A stretch of DNA of 64,000 nt from positions 4,947 to 68,946 of the forward strand of contig JAKQKX010000082.1 of the NCBI GenBank assembly GCA_029560465.1. The letters run 5' to 3'. The position numbers and the translations under genes were made by a program. Source of the stretch: Candidatus Omnitrophota bacterium (GTDB lineage Bacteria; Omnitrophota; Gorgyraeia; Zapsychrales; JANLHA01). Below, one piece after another: positions 55,149 to 64,000 of the stretch; position 1 is the stretch's first letter; each line of letters starts with the position of its first letter. The notes below the pieces were generated by a model. That model saw only the letters and a program-made list of their open reading frames with translations, ran no database searches and was not told where the DNA came from.

Positions 55149-56599
55149 AGGCGCTCCTTATGGCTTGAAACGTGTTTCTCTTTTGAGAGCAGAAAGCAAA
55201 GCACTTCCATAATCATTTTGAAACTCCAGGTCCAGTTGAACAGATAAAAAAGCGAGTAATTTTTAATATGGGCCAAAAGAAACGCCGGCCTGAAAAAAAA
55301 TTGCCGGTAAAATCTTTTTTGAAAAATTTTTAATTCCTGATCCGTTAAGCGGCTGACATTGATAATCGGCCGGAGATAATGGTGTGGAGCGGCGGACGGC
55401 TTGAGGGACGTGCTATAACGTTGATAATCCTGCGAGCCGGGATAAAGCGTAAAGTTGTGCACTTTGATGAAATCCGGCTGCAACTGAAAAGCGAGCCTGA
55501 TGCTTTCATCCACGTCCGCACGGGTTTCCTGGGGATTCCCCACCATAAACAGCGCGCAGGTCGCGATGCCTTCGGCCCGTGCGTTCTGGAAGGTTTCCTT
55601 TGCTTGCGAATTCCAGTTGCTCTCGTGTCTGCTCTTATGCAACAGCCGGATAATCCCTTCTGCCCCGGATTCAACACCGAAAAGGATTAAAACGCATCCG
55701 GCTTGTTTCATATCATGAAGCAAACCAGGGGTCACCTCGTCAATCCGGGCATGACAGGCCCAGTGGATATTCAATCTTTTTTTACGAAGTTCGGCGCAGA
55801 TTGAACGCACGTGTTCAGGGTTTCCCGTGAAATCATCATCTTCGAATGAAATGATGTTGACCCCCAGGTTCTGCAAACTTTCAATTTCTTTGACGACGTG
55901 GCCGGCCGACCGCAACCGGAGGCTTTTCCCGAAACTTTTTCTGACTGAAGGCGAGCAGAAGGAACAGCCGTGCCGGCACCCCCGCGAAGTGGAGATGTAA
56001 CCCGGCAATATTTTTTTAGGAAGGCGTAAAGGGTACCTGTAGGGGTAGCTTCTTAAATCCTCTTTGGTCCAGCTCGGGAAAGGCAGCTTATCAAGTTCAG
56101 AAACCAGGCACACATCCTTGTTGACGGCGGGCGCGTCATGATACGGAAGAACGTTGCCCCCCCCGGTTTTATGAACATGGATCATGAGACGGCTCAATTC
56201 CAGTTCAAATTCCCCTCGCAAGATCACGTCAAAAACGTCTCTGGCGGCTGAATAAAACGGGTAGCGTTCACTAACATCAGACCCCACGGCGATGATCAGC
56301 AAGCCCTTATGCCGTTCCCGCATGTTTTGGCATAAAGTCAGCCCCCTTTCACTGGCTGGAGAAGCGATCTCAACGCATACTGTTTGGGCCGGCCATTGCG
56401 CGATAATATTTAAGATGCTTCGATCCGGAACGGAGGCGACAAGGCTGTCAATGATCCGGACTTTAAAATGGCCGCTTTGCTCCAGCAAGGCTTGCGCGTA
56501 TTTCAACGCCAGTGGCGGCGGGTAATGCAACGGATGGTCGATTTTTTTCCTTTGCGCGTACCCGGCGCGGATTAACAGGATATGATGGTTCATATTCAT
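55145..56599 (-). CDS. Cobalamin-binding radical SAM protein
   Basis: PPLALKY, RGEFE, TSRGCRHGCSFC, EDDDF and FGVESG. Confidence 0.92.
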   Translation of the reverse strand: MNMNHHILLIRAGYAQRKKIDHPLHYPPPLALKYAQALLEQSGHFKVRIIDSLVASVPDRSILNIIAQWPAQTVCVEIASPASERGLTLCQNMRERHKGLLIIAVGSDVSERYPFYSAARDVFDVILRGEFELELSRLMIHVHKTGGGNVLPYHDAPAVNKDVCLVSELDKLPFPSWTKEDLRSYPYRYPLRLPKKILPGYISTSRGCRHGCSFCSPSVRKSFGKSLRLRSAGHVVKEIESLQNLGVNIISFEDDDFTGNPEHVRSICAELRKKRLNIHWACHARIDEVTPGLLHDMKQAGCVLILFGVESGAEGIIRLLHKSRHESNWNSQAKETFQNARAEGIATCALFMVGNPQETRADVDESIRLAFQLQPDFIKVHNFTLYPGSQDYQRYSTSLKPSAAPHHYLRPIINVSRLTDQELKIFQKRFYRQFFFRPAFLLAHIKNYSLFYLFNWTWSFKMIMEVLCFLLSKEKHVSSHKERL

Positions 56600-56605
56600 A
56601 AAGGC

Positions 56606-58261
56606 CTAGCTGGTCCTGGGTTTTCGTGGGGTCGCTGCGCACGTCCGCCGGCCCAAATGCCGTTCCCATTGACGGCCAACAACCGCCGCCGTCAGCGGGA
56701 TGAGCGGCAGGACATACCTGGGCAAGTTGTACGTGCTGATAAAAACAAGGGCAAAATAAACCAAGCTTATAAATGAGTAAAATTTTTCTGTCCGGTCGTT
56801 CCCAAAAACAAAAAAAGCCGGGAACAGAAGTGCGGTCCCTGCCAAAGTCCACCTGAGGAATTGCACGCTTTGATGGAAGGCCGGCGAAGGGCTGTACACG
56901 ACTTCCATCGGGTATATCCGTGATAATAACGAAAAATGATCAAACCGGTTAAAATGTTCGATTAATAGGCATTTGACATACACGCCGGAATCGCCGGTCA
57001 TCACGCCGGCCAGGAAAATGAAAGACAATAAGCTTAAGACGATGCCTCCATATTGGAAGAAAAGCCTTTGGGCCTCCCTTCTCCTTTCTTTTAAGAAAAT
57101 GAACAAGGCGCAGATACTCAATAGGATAAAGAGAATCCCATAGAACCTTGTCATGGTCGTGCTCGCAGCGAACAGCAGAAAAACAGCGTTATTTTTTCTT
57201 AAAAGGAAGATATAGGCCAAGAGGATTTGCCATATAAAAAAATGTTCTATAGAAATAAAAATAGCGGGTTCTTTTAAGACAACGAACAAATACGCGAGCA
57301 TGAGCCCCGCACAGGTTAAAAAGCGTATTTTGGATTGGGGCGGATGCCCTTGAGCCATCACGGCGCTGAACATCATGACAATGAAACTAAGGGACAGCAG
57401 TGACAATGCGGCAAGGTTTTCTCCAAAAAGCAGCGTGGCAAATACGGAAACGTAAGGATACAGCGGGGGGTCCGTAAAAACATACCCGAATTTGTTGGAG
57501 TATTCCAGGTCCCAATAGGGCAGGAGATGGGTCCTGAGGCTGTTGGCCAGGCCGAAAACTTCAAGGGCATCTGACTGCTGGCCAAGCGGGATCGCCAGGA
57601 TCATGTCTTTGTCGTATTGATATGCGACGGGCGCCCCATTGAGGATGACTGGGCGGAAGGTTAGCCCAAACAGGACAGCCACCAGGATCAAACCGCAATA
57701 CGGGGTGGCGTGTTTCAAGGAGAGGATCAATTTTTTGTTAGGATATTGTTTTTGACCGTGCCTTTTACGGGATAACGAGACCAGTTCAAACACGGTAGAA
57801 AGCATCAGGAGGCCCAAAAAGTTGATCCTGTCCAGGCCGGTGGCGGGCCGTATGATTTTATAAATCGTGGTCACGAGAATACAAATGAGAATGCTCGAGA
57901 GGAAGGAAACCCCCAGGAAGACAGGCAAGTCGTTTTGCAACCTTCTGAAATGCAGGGAGAAAATCCATCCCGGAATCACATAAAGCATCAGAAACCCGGC
58001 TCCGAATACCAGGAAACTGATTGTGGTCGCGGCCGCGTTACCCTTATGGGGGCTGAAAATATGGACCTCCTGAAATCCGCAATGATAAAACAGACTCAGC
58101 AGGTATGTCCCCAGGAGATATATTCCGATGGCCAAACCCGCAGCGCCTGTGACGCATCTGATATTTTGGATTTCAATCCGCAGATTGCGAATTTTTATCG
58201 GTATTGTTGATTTCATGGCATTAAAACACGGTTTTGTTTCATTATTAAATTTTTTGATCAC
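56606..58261 (-). CDS. Polytopic membrane protein (GT-C-like)
   Basis: Many TM helices; DPPLYPY and PRYVLP motifs typical of ArnT/PMT relatives. Confidence 0.65.
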   Translation of the reverse strand: MIKKFNNETKPCFNAMKSTIPIKIRNLRIEIQNIRCVTGAAGLAIGIYLLGTYLLSLFYHCGFQEVHIFSPHKGNAAATTISFLVFGAGFLMLYVIPGWIFSLHFRRLQNDLPVFLGVSFLSSILICILVTTIYKIIRPATGLDRINFLGLLMLSTVFELVSLSRKRHGQKQYPNKKLILSLKHATPYCGLILVAVLFGLTFRPVILNGAPVAYQYDKDMILAIPLGQQSDALEVFGLANSLRTHLLPYWDLEYSNKFGYVFTDPPLYPYVSVFATLLFGENLAALSLLSLSFIVMMFSAVMAQGHPPQSKIRFLTCAGLMLAYLFVVLKEPAIFISIEHFFIWQILLAYIFLLRKNNAVFLLFAASTTMTRFYGILFILLSICALFIFLKERRREAQRLFFQYGGIVLSLLSFIFLAGVMTGDSGVYVKCLLIEHFNRFDHFSLLSRIYPMEVVYSPSPAFHQSVQFLRWTLAGTALLFPAFFVFGNDRTEKFYSFISLVYFALVFISTYNLPRYVLPLIPLTAAVVGRQWERHLGRRTCAATPRKPRTS

Positions 58262-59591
58262 GACAGTGGCTTTCTTCCGGGAAGTGTTCCAGAAGATATC
58301 TCCGGACCTTTTGCGCCATCAGGATATCCCCATCTTGCCGGTATTGCTGCTCCGTCAGGCACAGCGCGCGCACTTTCAACCCCGGGTTCGGGACCCAGCC
58401 GTTCGCCGGAAACGATATAAAAGAAAAAGCGTTCAGGATAAAATAAAAAATCAGGAACGGCACCCCATAACGGGCCCGGGGAAAACGTTCCAAGAATTCT
58501 GCAAGCATCGCAGATCCCAGGATAAGCCCCGGCAGGACTAAAACAATGGCCCACCAGAAATTATCCAGGTGGAAATGATACCCCCCCCCTGTCCTGGGCC
58601 GCACAAGCGAAAAAAACAGGAAATTAGAATAAAAGATCCAGATTAATAAATTTAATAAATTATTTTTAGTATTACGGAACAAGAAATAGACGGCTCCCCC
58701 AAGGCAGATCAGGCCCAGGACCCAGTTGAAAAAAGGATATTCAATCGAGCAAATTTTGAATATGTAGTCACTGGCGAACTCAGGCAAATTAAAGACAAAT
58801 ATTTCTCCGAGGAAAAGGGCCGCGGGAACCAGGCTGATGGAAAAGAATTCGGCCCGGCTGCTCTTGACCGAATAGTCCACCCAAGCGTGTTGGACATTCC
58901 AGAGCACATATGGGGACACGCATAAGAAGATAAGAATATGCAAGATAAGAAAATCGTTCATGGAGAACCGTTTGGGGTTTGCGGGATCGATAAAAAGGTA
59001 ATACAGGATAATGGGCCAGAGCGTTATGATGTTTAATTTCACCAGGAGCCCCAGCCCCATGGAAAACCCGGCTCCCCAAAGGTAAAACTTCCCCCGGCTG
59101 ATACGCGCTTGCCCGGCGAAAAATAAGATGCAGACAATGAAAAATAACAATATCCCGTCCGGTTTTAGCAAACGGGAAAATCCTATGAAAAATTGGCTGA
59201 ACGCCGCGAAAAAAAGCGCCCACTGGGCTGTTGGGGTGTTCACGTGTTTTTTAACAAGCAGGTACAGGACCCCTAATGTTAAAGTCCCGAACAAGACCCC
59301 AGGGAAACGCATCGCGAGGGTATTCTCCCCTCCCGCCGATAAACTCCATTGGAGTAAGTACTGGACCAATGGGGGATTGTGAGTCAGCTCACTGCCGGCC
59401 GGCATTGATGTTGCCCCGCTGAAGGATGGCACACTTCTTAATATCTCTTCTTCATCCAGGACGCGCGGAACCGTTGTGGATCCATAAAGCCGCAGTAAAA
59501 ATCCTGAAGTGAGGCAGAGGATCAGAATCGTCCGTTCAGAGTTGTTTTTTATCCGTTTCATGGATGATAAAAATTTTTTTGTAAAATCCAT
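58245..59591 (-). CDS. ArnT/PMT (GT39/GT83-like) glycosyltransferase
   Basis: LRLY...DEE, HNPPL, MRFP, GLGLLVK and PYVLWN. Confidence 0.88.
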   Translation of the reverse strand: MDFTKKFLSSMKRIKNNSERTILILCLTSGFLLRLYGSTTVPRVLDEEEILRSVPSFSGATSMPAGSELTHNPPLVQYLLQWSLSAGGENTLAMRFPGVLFGTLTLGVLYLLVKKHVNTPTAQWALFFAAFSQFFIGFSRLLKPDGILLFFIVCILFFAGQARISRGKFYLWGAGFSMGLGLLVKLNIITLWPIILYYLFIDPANPKRFSMNDFLILHILIFLCVSPYVLWNVQHAWVDYSVKSSRAEFFSISLVPAALFLGEIFVFNLPEFASDYIFKICSIEYPFFNWVLGLICLGGAVYFLFRNTKNNLLNLLIWIFYSNFLFFSLVRPRTGGGYHFHLDNFWWAIVLVLPGLILGSAMLAEFLERFPRARYGVPFLIFYFILNAFSFISFPANGWVPNPGLKVRALCLTEQQYRQDGDILMAQKVRRYLLEHFPEESHCRDQKI

Positions 59592-59616
59592 GTCTGGCTT
59601 CTGCCCCGTTATGGTT

Positions 59617-60621
59617 TTAACGCCCGCCGGCCCGTTTTAGCATATTCATGGCCCCAGAAAAATTAAAGGATGCCGCTAAGTTCATCTCCACGGTAGAGGC
59701 GCACCAGCAGTCACAGCACGGGCTCACCCTCATCTGGGTGACGGCTTTCTTGACTCCGACCTGGCGGATATCCGCGTTTTGGGACTGTTTCGATTTCGAA
59801 AGGAACTGGCGGCTGCAATTTGTCATTAACCCGTCCGGTTCGATGCGGAAATGCACTTTCCCGGCCGAACACGCAATGGCGGTCGGCTTGGGCCAGCGCG
59901 CGAGGTGGTCTAACCCGGCGAGTGAATTTAAAATATGCGGGTTGCCCTTTCTTTTCGCGGTTATGATTTTATGGATGGCCGCCTGATAATCTTCCGGTAT
60001 CGGGGCGAGCGGGTTTTCTTTCTTGCTTTCCAGGAGACAGAGAGAAACAGGTTGAAACGCGACTTTGACGTTATACTGCCGGGCGGTCTTAAGGATATCG
60101 TCAACGTGCCCGGTATTCATTCTTGTCAATACGGTATTGAACGCCGGCACACAACCCTCCCGTATCAGGGATTCTACGGCCTTCAGGACAAGGTCGTGCG
60201 TGCCGCGGCCGCGGATGGCGTCATGAATCGCTTGCGGGCCGTCAAAACTTAAAGTGATGCGGTCCGCTTTTTTGAGCACTGGTATCCGCGTTTGCGCGAT
60301 AAGCCCATTGGTGTTAATCGATACATAGATTTTTCTCCGTGCGGCATGGTCCAGGATCTCTCCCAAATCAGGGCGTAATAATGGCTCGCCGCCTGTTAAA
60401 GATATTACCGCCGTGCCCATGGTCGCCAGGTCATCCATGATGGCCATGATTTCCTGAAGGCGGAGTTCCTGCTCATGCGGGTATGACCAGTTTTCGCAAT
60501 ACTGACACCGGGCGTTGCATTGATATGTGATAGCCCAGCTGACGACGATCGGGATATTCTGCCTATAAATTTGGGCGCGCAGGAAATTTTTCGCTATGGA
60601 AATGATTGTGCTTTTATTCAT
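59617..60621 (-). CDS. Radical SAM protein with twitch/SPASM-type C-terminus
   Basis: CNARCQYC, TGGEP and NTNG; CSAG...PDG..NC...CCDCWC. Confidence 0.92.
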   Translation of the reverse strand: MNKSTIISIAKNFLRAQIYRQNIPIVVSWAITYQCNARCQYCENWSYPHEQELRLQEIMAIMDDLATMGTAVISLTGGEPLLRPDLGEILDHAARRKIYVSINTNGLIAQTRIPVLKKADRITLSFDGPQAIHDAIRGRGTHDLVLKAVESLIREGCVPAFNTVLTRMNTGHVDDILKTARQYNVKVAFQPVSLCLLESKKENPLAPIPEDYQAAIHKIITAKRKGNPHILNSLAGLDHLARWPKPTAIACSAGKVHFRIEPDGLMTNCSRQFLSKSKQSQNADIRQVGVKKAVTQMRVSPCCDCWCASTVEMNLAASFNFSGAMNMLKRAGGR

Positions 60622-62128
60622 AACGGGGCGCCCCGGGTCGCAGCAGCTCTTTTCTTATTTTTATAAGTTCACGGTATATCCCAGGATTCAAAACATAAAA
60701 AACAAAATAACGGCGGGCATGATCCCAGAGGAAAGACGGCCGCAATAGGAATTTTTTATAAAACAAAAATTGGGCGGATTTAAACTCCTGGTCTTCCATA
60801 TGACTGGGGTTAATCCTGGGGACGCTGTAATGATATAATTCCGAAGAATGATTGTCTGGGAATTTTTCCCGGAACGTCGTGTAATACCGGGACCCTGGAA
60901 ACGGCGTGAAATACGCCACCTGAATAATGTCAGGATTGAGCCCCCGCACAAAATGAATGTCATTTTTCAAATCTTCATACGTCTCTCCGGGACAGCCGAC
61001 CATGAAGAGGCACACAGCGCCGATGCCCTGCGCCTGGGTTAGAGCCACCGCCTTTCGGGTTTTCTCCGGCCATGAATCAGGGGCTGAAGTTTTCCCGATG
61101 GCGTTCAGGATGTCCCTACTTACGGTTTCCACGCCATAACGCAATAACAGGCAACCGCTTTCCCGCATCAGGCGTAACAGCGGCTCGTCAACCTCATCAA
61201 CCCGCGCGTGCGCGATCCAGTGGATTTTTAACGCGCGGCGCAGAATCTCTTCACAGATGGACTGGACATGAGCCCGGGAATTGGTGAAATTGTCATCGTC
61301 AAAGCTGATCACGTTCGCGCCCATGTTTAAAAGGTGTTCGATCTCATCCGCCACGTTCGTGGCCGAGCGCAGGCGGATCTCGGCCCCATAGCTTTCCCGC
61401 ATGATTTGAGAACAAAAAATGCACCGGTGTGGGCATCCGCGGCTGCTTAAGAGGTGTCCCCAGACGATGTGTTGGGCCAGTTTTAGCGGATAGACAAAAT
61501 GGTAGCCCTGGAGTTCTTCCGGATTATACGGGGGGAACGGCAGGGCGTCCAGGTCGCGGACAATCCAGGGGTGACTCACGTTTGCGGGGTTTTCATAGAA
61601 GTGTTTCAGGTCTCCGGAGGAATGCCCCGCGGCAAATTTTTGGATAATATCCACGACCGCCTGCTCCGCTTCGCCGGCCAGGACAATATGGAATTGGGGG
61701 TATTTCGCCCTGAAGGCCTCTGCGTCGGCGCTTGGGGCCTGGCCGATGGCAATAAATATAATGGCCCCATCCCGTGCAGCGCAAAGGTCCCGGGAGAATG
61801 TCCCGGTCACGGTTTCATTGAGGGACGACACGTCAAAAATAACGGCGCGTGGGTTGCTCCGACTCCAGAGCTCCTGGATCCCGGCCAGGGTTATGTCGGA
61901 AATATGCTGGTCGACCAGGGTTACTGAAAACCGAGCCTCCTTTTTGAGGCTGGCTTCCACATATTTCAGGATGTACGGGGGCCGGTGCCCGATAGGATGA
62001 TTCGAATGCCTGTAAACGTCGGGAACGAGCCGCAACAACATAATCCCGCATGGAGGATCATATCTGGATGATGGCGTGGTTAAGTTCATGTTTTTGGGAT
62101 TAAGCAAAACGTTGGCATTCTTTTTCAA
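60614..62128 (-). CDS. Cobalamin-binding radical SAM protein
   Basis: PPYILKY, GEAE, SSRGCPHRCIFC, DDDNF and YGVE. The true start may be 62089. Confidence 0.92.
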   Translation of the reverse strand: MKKNANVLLNPKNMNLTTPSSRYDPPCGIMLLRLVPDVYRHSNHPIGHRPPYILKYVEASLKKEARFSVTLVDQHISDITLAGIQELWSRSNPRAVIFDVSSLNETVTGTFSRDLCAARDGAIIFIAIGQAPSADAEAFRAKYPQFHIVLAGEAEQAVVDIIQKFAAGHSSGDLKHFYENPANVSHPWIVRDLDALPFPPYNPEELQGYHFVYPLKLAQHIVWGHLLSSRGCPHRCIFCSQIMRESYGAEIRLRSATNVADEIEHLLNMGANVISFDDDNFTNSRAHVQSICEEILRRALKIHWIAHARVDEVDEPLLRLMRESGCLLLRYGVETVSRDILNAIGKTSAPDSWPEKTRKAVALTQAQGIGAVCLFMVGCPGETYEDLKNDIHFVRGLNPDIIQVAYFTPFPGSRYYTTFREKFPDNHSSELYHYSVPRINPSHMEDQEFKSAQFLFYKKFLLRPSFLWDHARRYFVFYVLNPGIYRELIKIRKELLRPGAPRYE

Positions 62129-63344
62129 AAATTTCCGCTATAAAATTTATTTCTGTTTCATTTAAATGATGATAAACCGGGAGAATCAGGATCATGTCCG
62201 CAATCCGTTCGGCTTGGGGACAGTGTTTCAGGGCATCCCTGAAAATCTTTAAACGGTTGCAGTTGTAAGTATCAAGGGTTTTCGTGCTGATCCCGTGCTG
62301 AAGTAATTTTTTTATTAAAACAGGCCGCCGGGGAACCAAGATCGGGTAATTCCAGTAGGTGTGTTCCCCTTCCGGCGCGGTCTGGGGGATCTGGACTCCC
62401 GGGATTTGGTGAAACCGGGCGTTGAAAATCCTGGCGTTCCAGAGTCTCCTCTGCTGGATCTGCTCGCTGACCGTAAATTTATGGATTCCCACCGCAGCCT
62501 GAAAATTTGTGTATTTATGGCGCGGGACAGCTTTCAGGGGGCGATCTTTTTCTTCGATGAAATAATCCATCAGGTCAAGGCCGGCCCAAAAACAGAGGAA
62601 CTGAACCGGGAAGACCAAGAGCCCATAAAAAAGGCCTGAGCTCATCACCAGCATGGCCGTGTTTTTAAGAAGATCGGCCATGGCGCTCGTCCAAGAGGGG
62701 CACCGCATTTCCTGTTCATAAATACGCGTCAGCCTGGCATAGAGTTCTTCGTCGTTCGTCAGGATCATCCCTCCGCCGAAGGTGGGGATGTCTTTTGTAG
62801 CCCCGAGGCTGAAACAGGACACGTCTCCCCATGTGCCGACGTACCGGGATTGATAGCGTGTCTCCCAGGCGTTGGCGCAATCTTCAATGACAAACAGGTT
62901 ATGCTTCCGGGCCAGGGCCAGGATCGCGTCCATGGGACAGGCGTTTCCAAACAGGTGAACGGCGACAATGGCTTTGGTTTTGGGGGTAATGTTGGGTTCG
63001 ATCAGGCGTTCATCCATGTGCAGGGTCTGGCTGTTAATATCAATAAAGACCGGCTTGATGCCCTTGCATTGTAATATTTTTGGAAAAGCCGGCATGTTAA
63101 AAGCCGGGAGAATCACTTCGTCCCCGCTTTTAATATCCAAAGCGTCCAGGATGAGCGCGAAAGCGGAGCGGCATGACCCGGTGGCCAAAGCGTGCTTTAT
63201 GCCATAGACTCCGGCAAAACGGGCTTCAAATTCTTTTATGTACGCTCCCGTCAGAAAACGTTTTGTCCCGGCTAAACAAATAGTACGCCAGAGGTCGTGA
63301 AGCGTGTTGCTGGATTTTTGGCGGGGGATCGGTTTAAATATCAT
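62100..63344 (-). CDS. DegT/DnrJ/EryC1/StrS PLP aminotransferase
   Basis: GDEVILPA, KAIVAVHLFG, VIEDCA and FSLGATKDIPTFGGG (PLP Lys). Confidence 0.93.
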   Translation of the reverse strand: MIFKPIPRQKSSNTLHDLWRTICLAGTKRFLTGAYIKEFEARFAGVYGIKHALATGSCRSAFALILDALDIKSGDEVILPAFNMPAFPKILQCKGIKPVFIDINSQTLHMDERLIEPNITPKTKAIVAVHLFGNACPMDAILALARKHNLFVIEDCANAWETRYQSRYVGTWGDVSCFSLGATKDIPTFGGGMILTNDEELYARLTRIYEQEMRCPSWTSAMADLLKNTAMLVMSSGLFYGLLVFPVQFLCFWAGLDLMDYFIEEKDRPLKAVPRHKYTNFQAAVGIHKFTVSEQIQQRRLWNARIFNARFHQIPGVQIPQTAPEGEHTYWNYPILVPRRPVLIKKLLQHGISTKTLDTYNCNRLKIFRDALKHCPQAERIADMILILPVYHHLNETEINFIAEIFEKECQRFA

Positions 63345-63364
63345 GTTTTATGGGCGGTAAGTTA

Positions 63365-64000
63365 TTATTTTTTATTAAGCGTATAATTCCCGCATTCCCG
63401 GCATTTCCGGACTTGTGTATCAGGGTTCTCATTAAAGGCTTCGAAGCCGTTTTCCGGCAGGGAGTAATCCTCCTGTTTCCATAACATATCAACGAGCGCA
63501 AGGACCTTACGTTTTAATTCCAGGAATGAACCGATTTTTAGTAAATGGTTCCATAAGAAACGGGGCCTCGCGTAATAAGAAATATAAGCCCAACGGGTCA
63601 GTTGATCGACCTCCTGGTTTGTCAGTTCGGTCCAAGGGCGGGGCAATTCCCTGTCTGTTTCTTTCCCAAGGATCCATTCCCGCCAATAGTCTTTTTGTTC
63701 TTTAGCCACCAGATCTTTCCAAAGCGGGGTCAAGGGCTTGGCCAGGCATTTGGAAAACTGCACGTAATCCAGGTCGAGTTTTTTAGCGAACGCGACCGTT
63801 TCCCTGACCGTTTCCCGGGTGTCTCCCGGCGCGCCAATCAAAAAGAAACCCAAAGTCCGGATTCCCAGAGAGGAACAGGCGGCAATAGTGTCCCGGACAT
63901 TTTGCAGGGAGACCTCTTTATGAACCCTGTCTAAGATATCCTGGCACCCGGACTCCAAGCCGAAATAAATCCTCCGGCAACCCGCCTGCTTCATGGCAGA
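63365..64000 (-). CDS. Cobalamin-type radical SAM protein, 3' part (start is beyond the right edge)
   Basis: MKQAGCRRIYFGLESG...GFFLIGAPGDT; the frame is open to the window end. Confidence 0.85.
   Translation of the reverse strand, partial: SAMKQAGCRRIYFGLESGCQDILDRVHKEVSLQNVRDTIAACSSLGIRTLGFFLIGAPGDTRETVRETVAFAKKLDLDYVQFSKCLAKPLTPLWKDLVAKEQKDYWREWILGKETDRELPRPWTELTNQEVDQLTRWAYISYYARPRFLWNHLLKIGSFLELKRKVLALVDMLWKQEDYSLPENGFEAFNENPDTQVRKCRECGNYTLNKK

Overview
This is a 64 kb bacterial window, probably from an anaerobe. The many B12-radical SAM genes and the gene style suggest Ca. Omnitrophota/PVC, but that is only an impression. Almost all genes are on the minus strand. (1) 1-13.3 kb is a defence/cargo island region: hsdM, radC, a HEPN-like ORF, a metallophosphatase, three AbiE/type IV TA modules, an AbiJ-NTD-TIR fusion, a GYF protein, an orphan ilvB, a class D beta-lactamase and a methyltransferase. 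It is punctuated by three unannotated orphan copies of the miaB 5' end (starts 4845, 8698, 13282), all broken at the same TG of the G-C-Q-M-N codons. I read this as a tandem array of miaB-integrating elements. A second reading frame crossing two of the junctions suggests that recombination swaps a protein C-terminal tail, probably the integrase's. (2) 13.4-19.6 kb is a TIGR04282/TIGR04283 glycosyltransferase-DUF547-desaturase-radical SAM cluster. (3) 19.6-24.4 kb holds PerR-peroxiredoxin-DPSL and TetR-B12 rSAM units. (4) 24.5-36.9 kb is a decaying Fur-regulated metal-cluster operon with about seven pseudogene fragments. (5) 37-52 kb holds transporters and housekeeping genes. (6) 52.4-64 kb is a biosynthetic cluster with four or more radical SAM genes, a DegT aminotransferase, GT-C glycosyltransferases and a Cys-less AsnB. 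No rRNA, tRNA or CRISPR array was seen.
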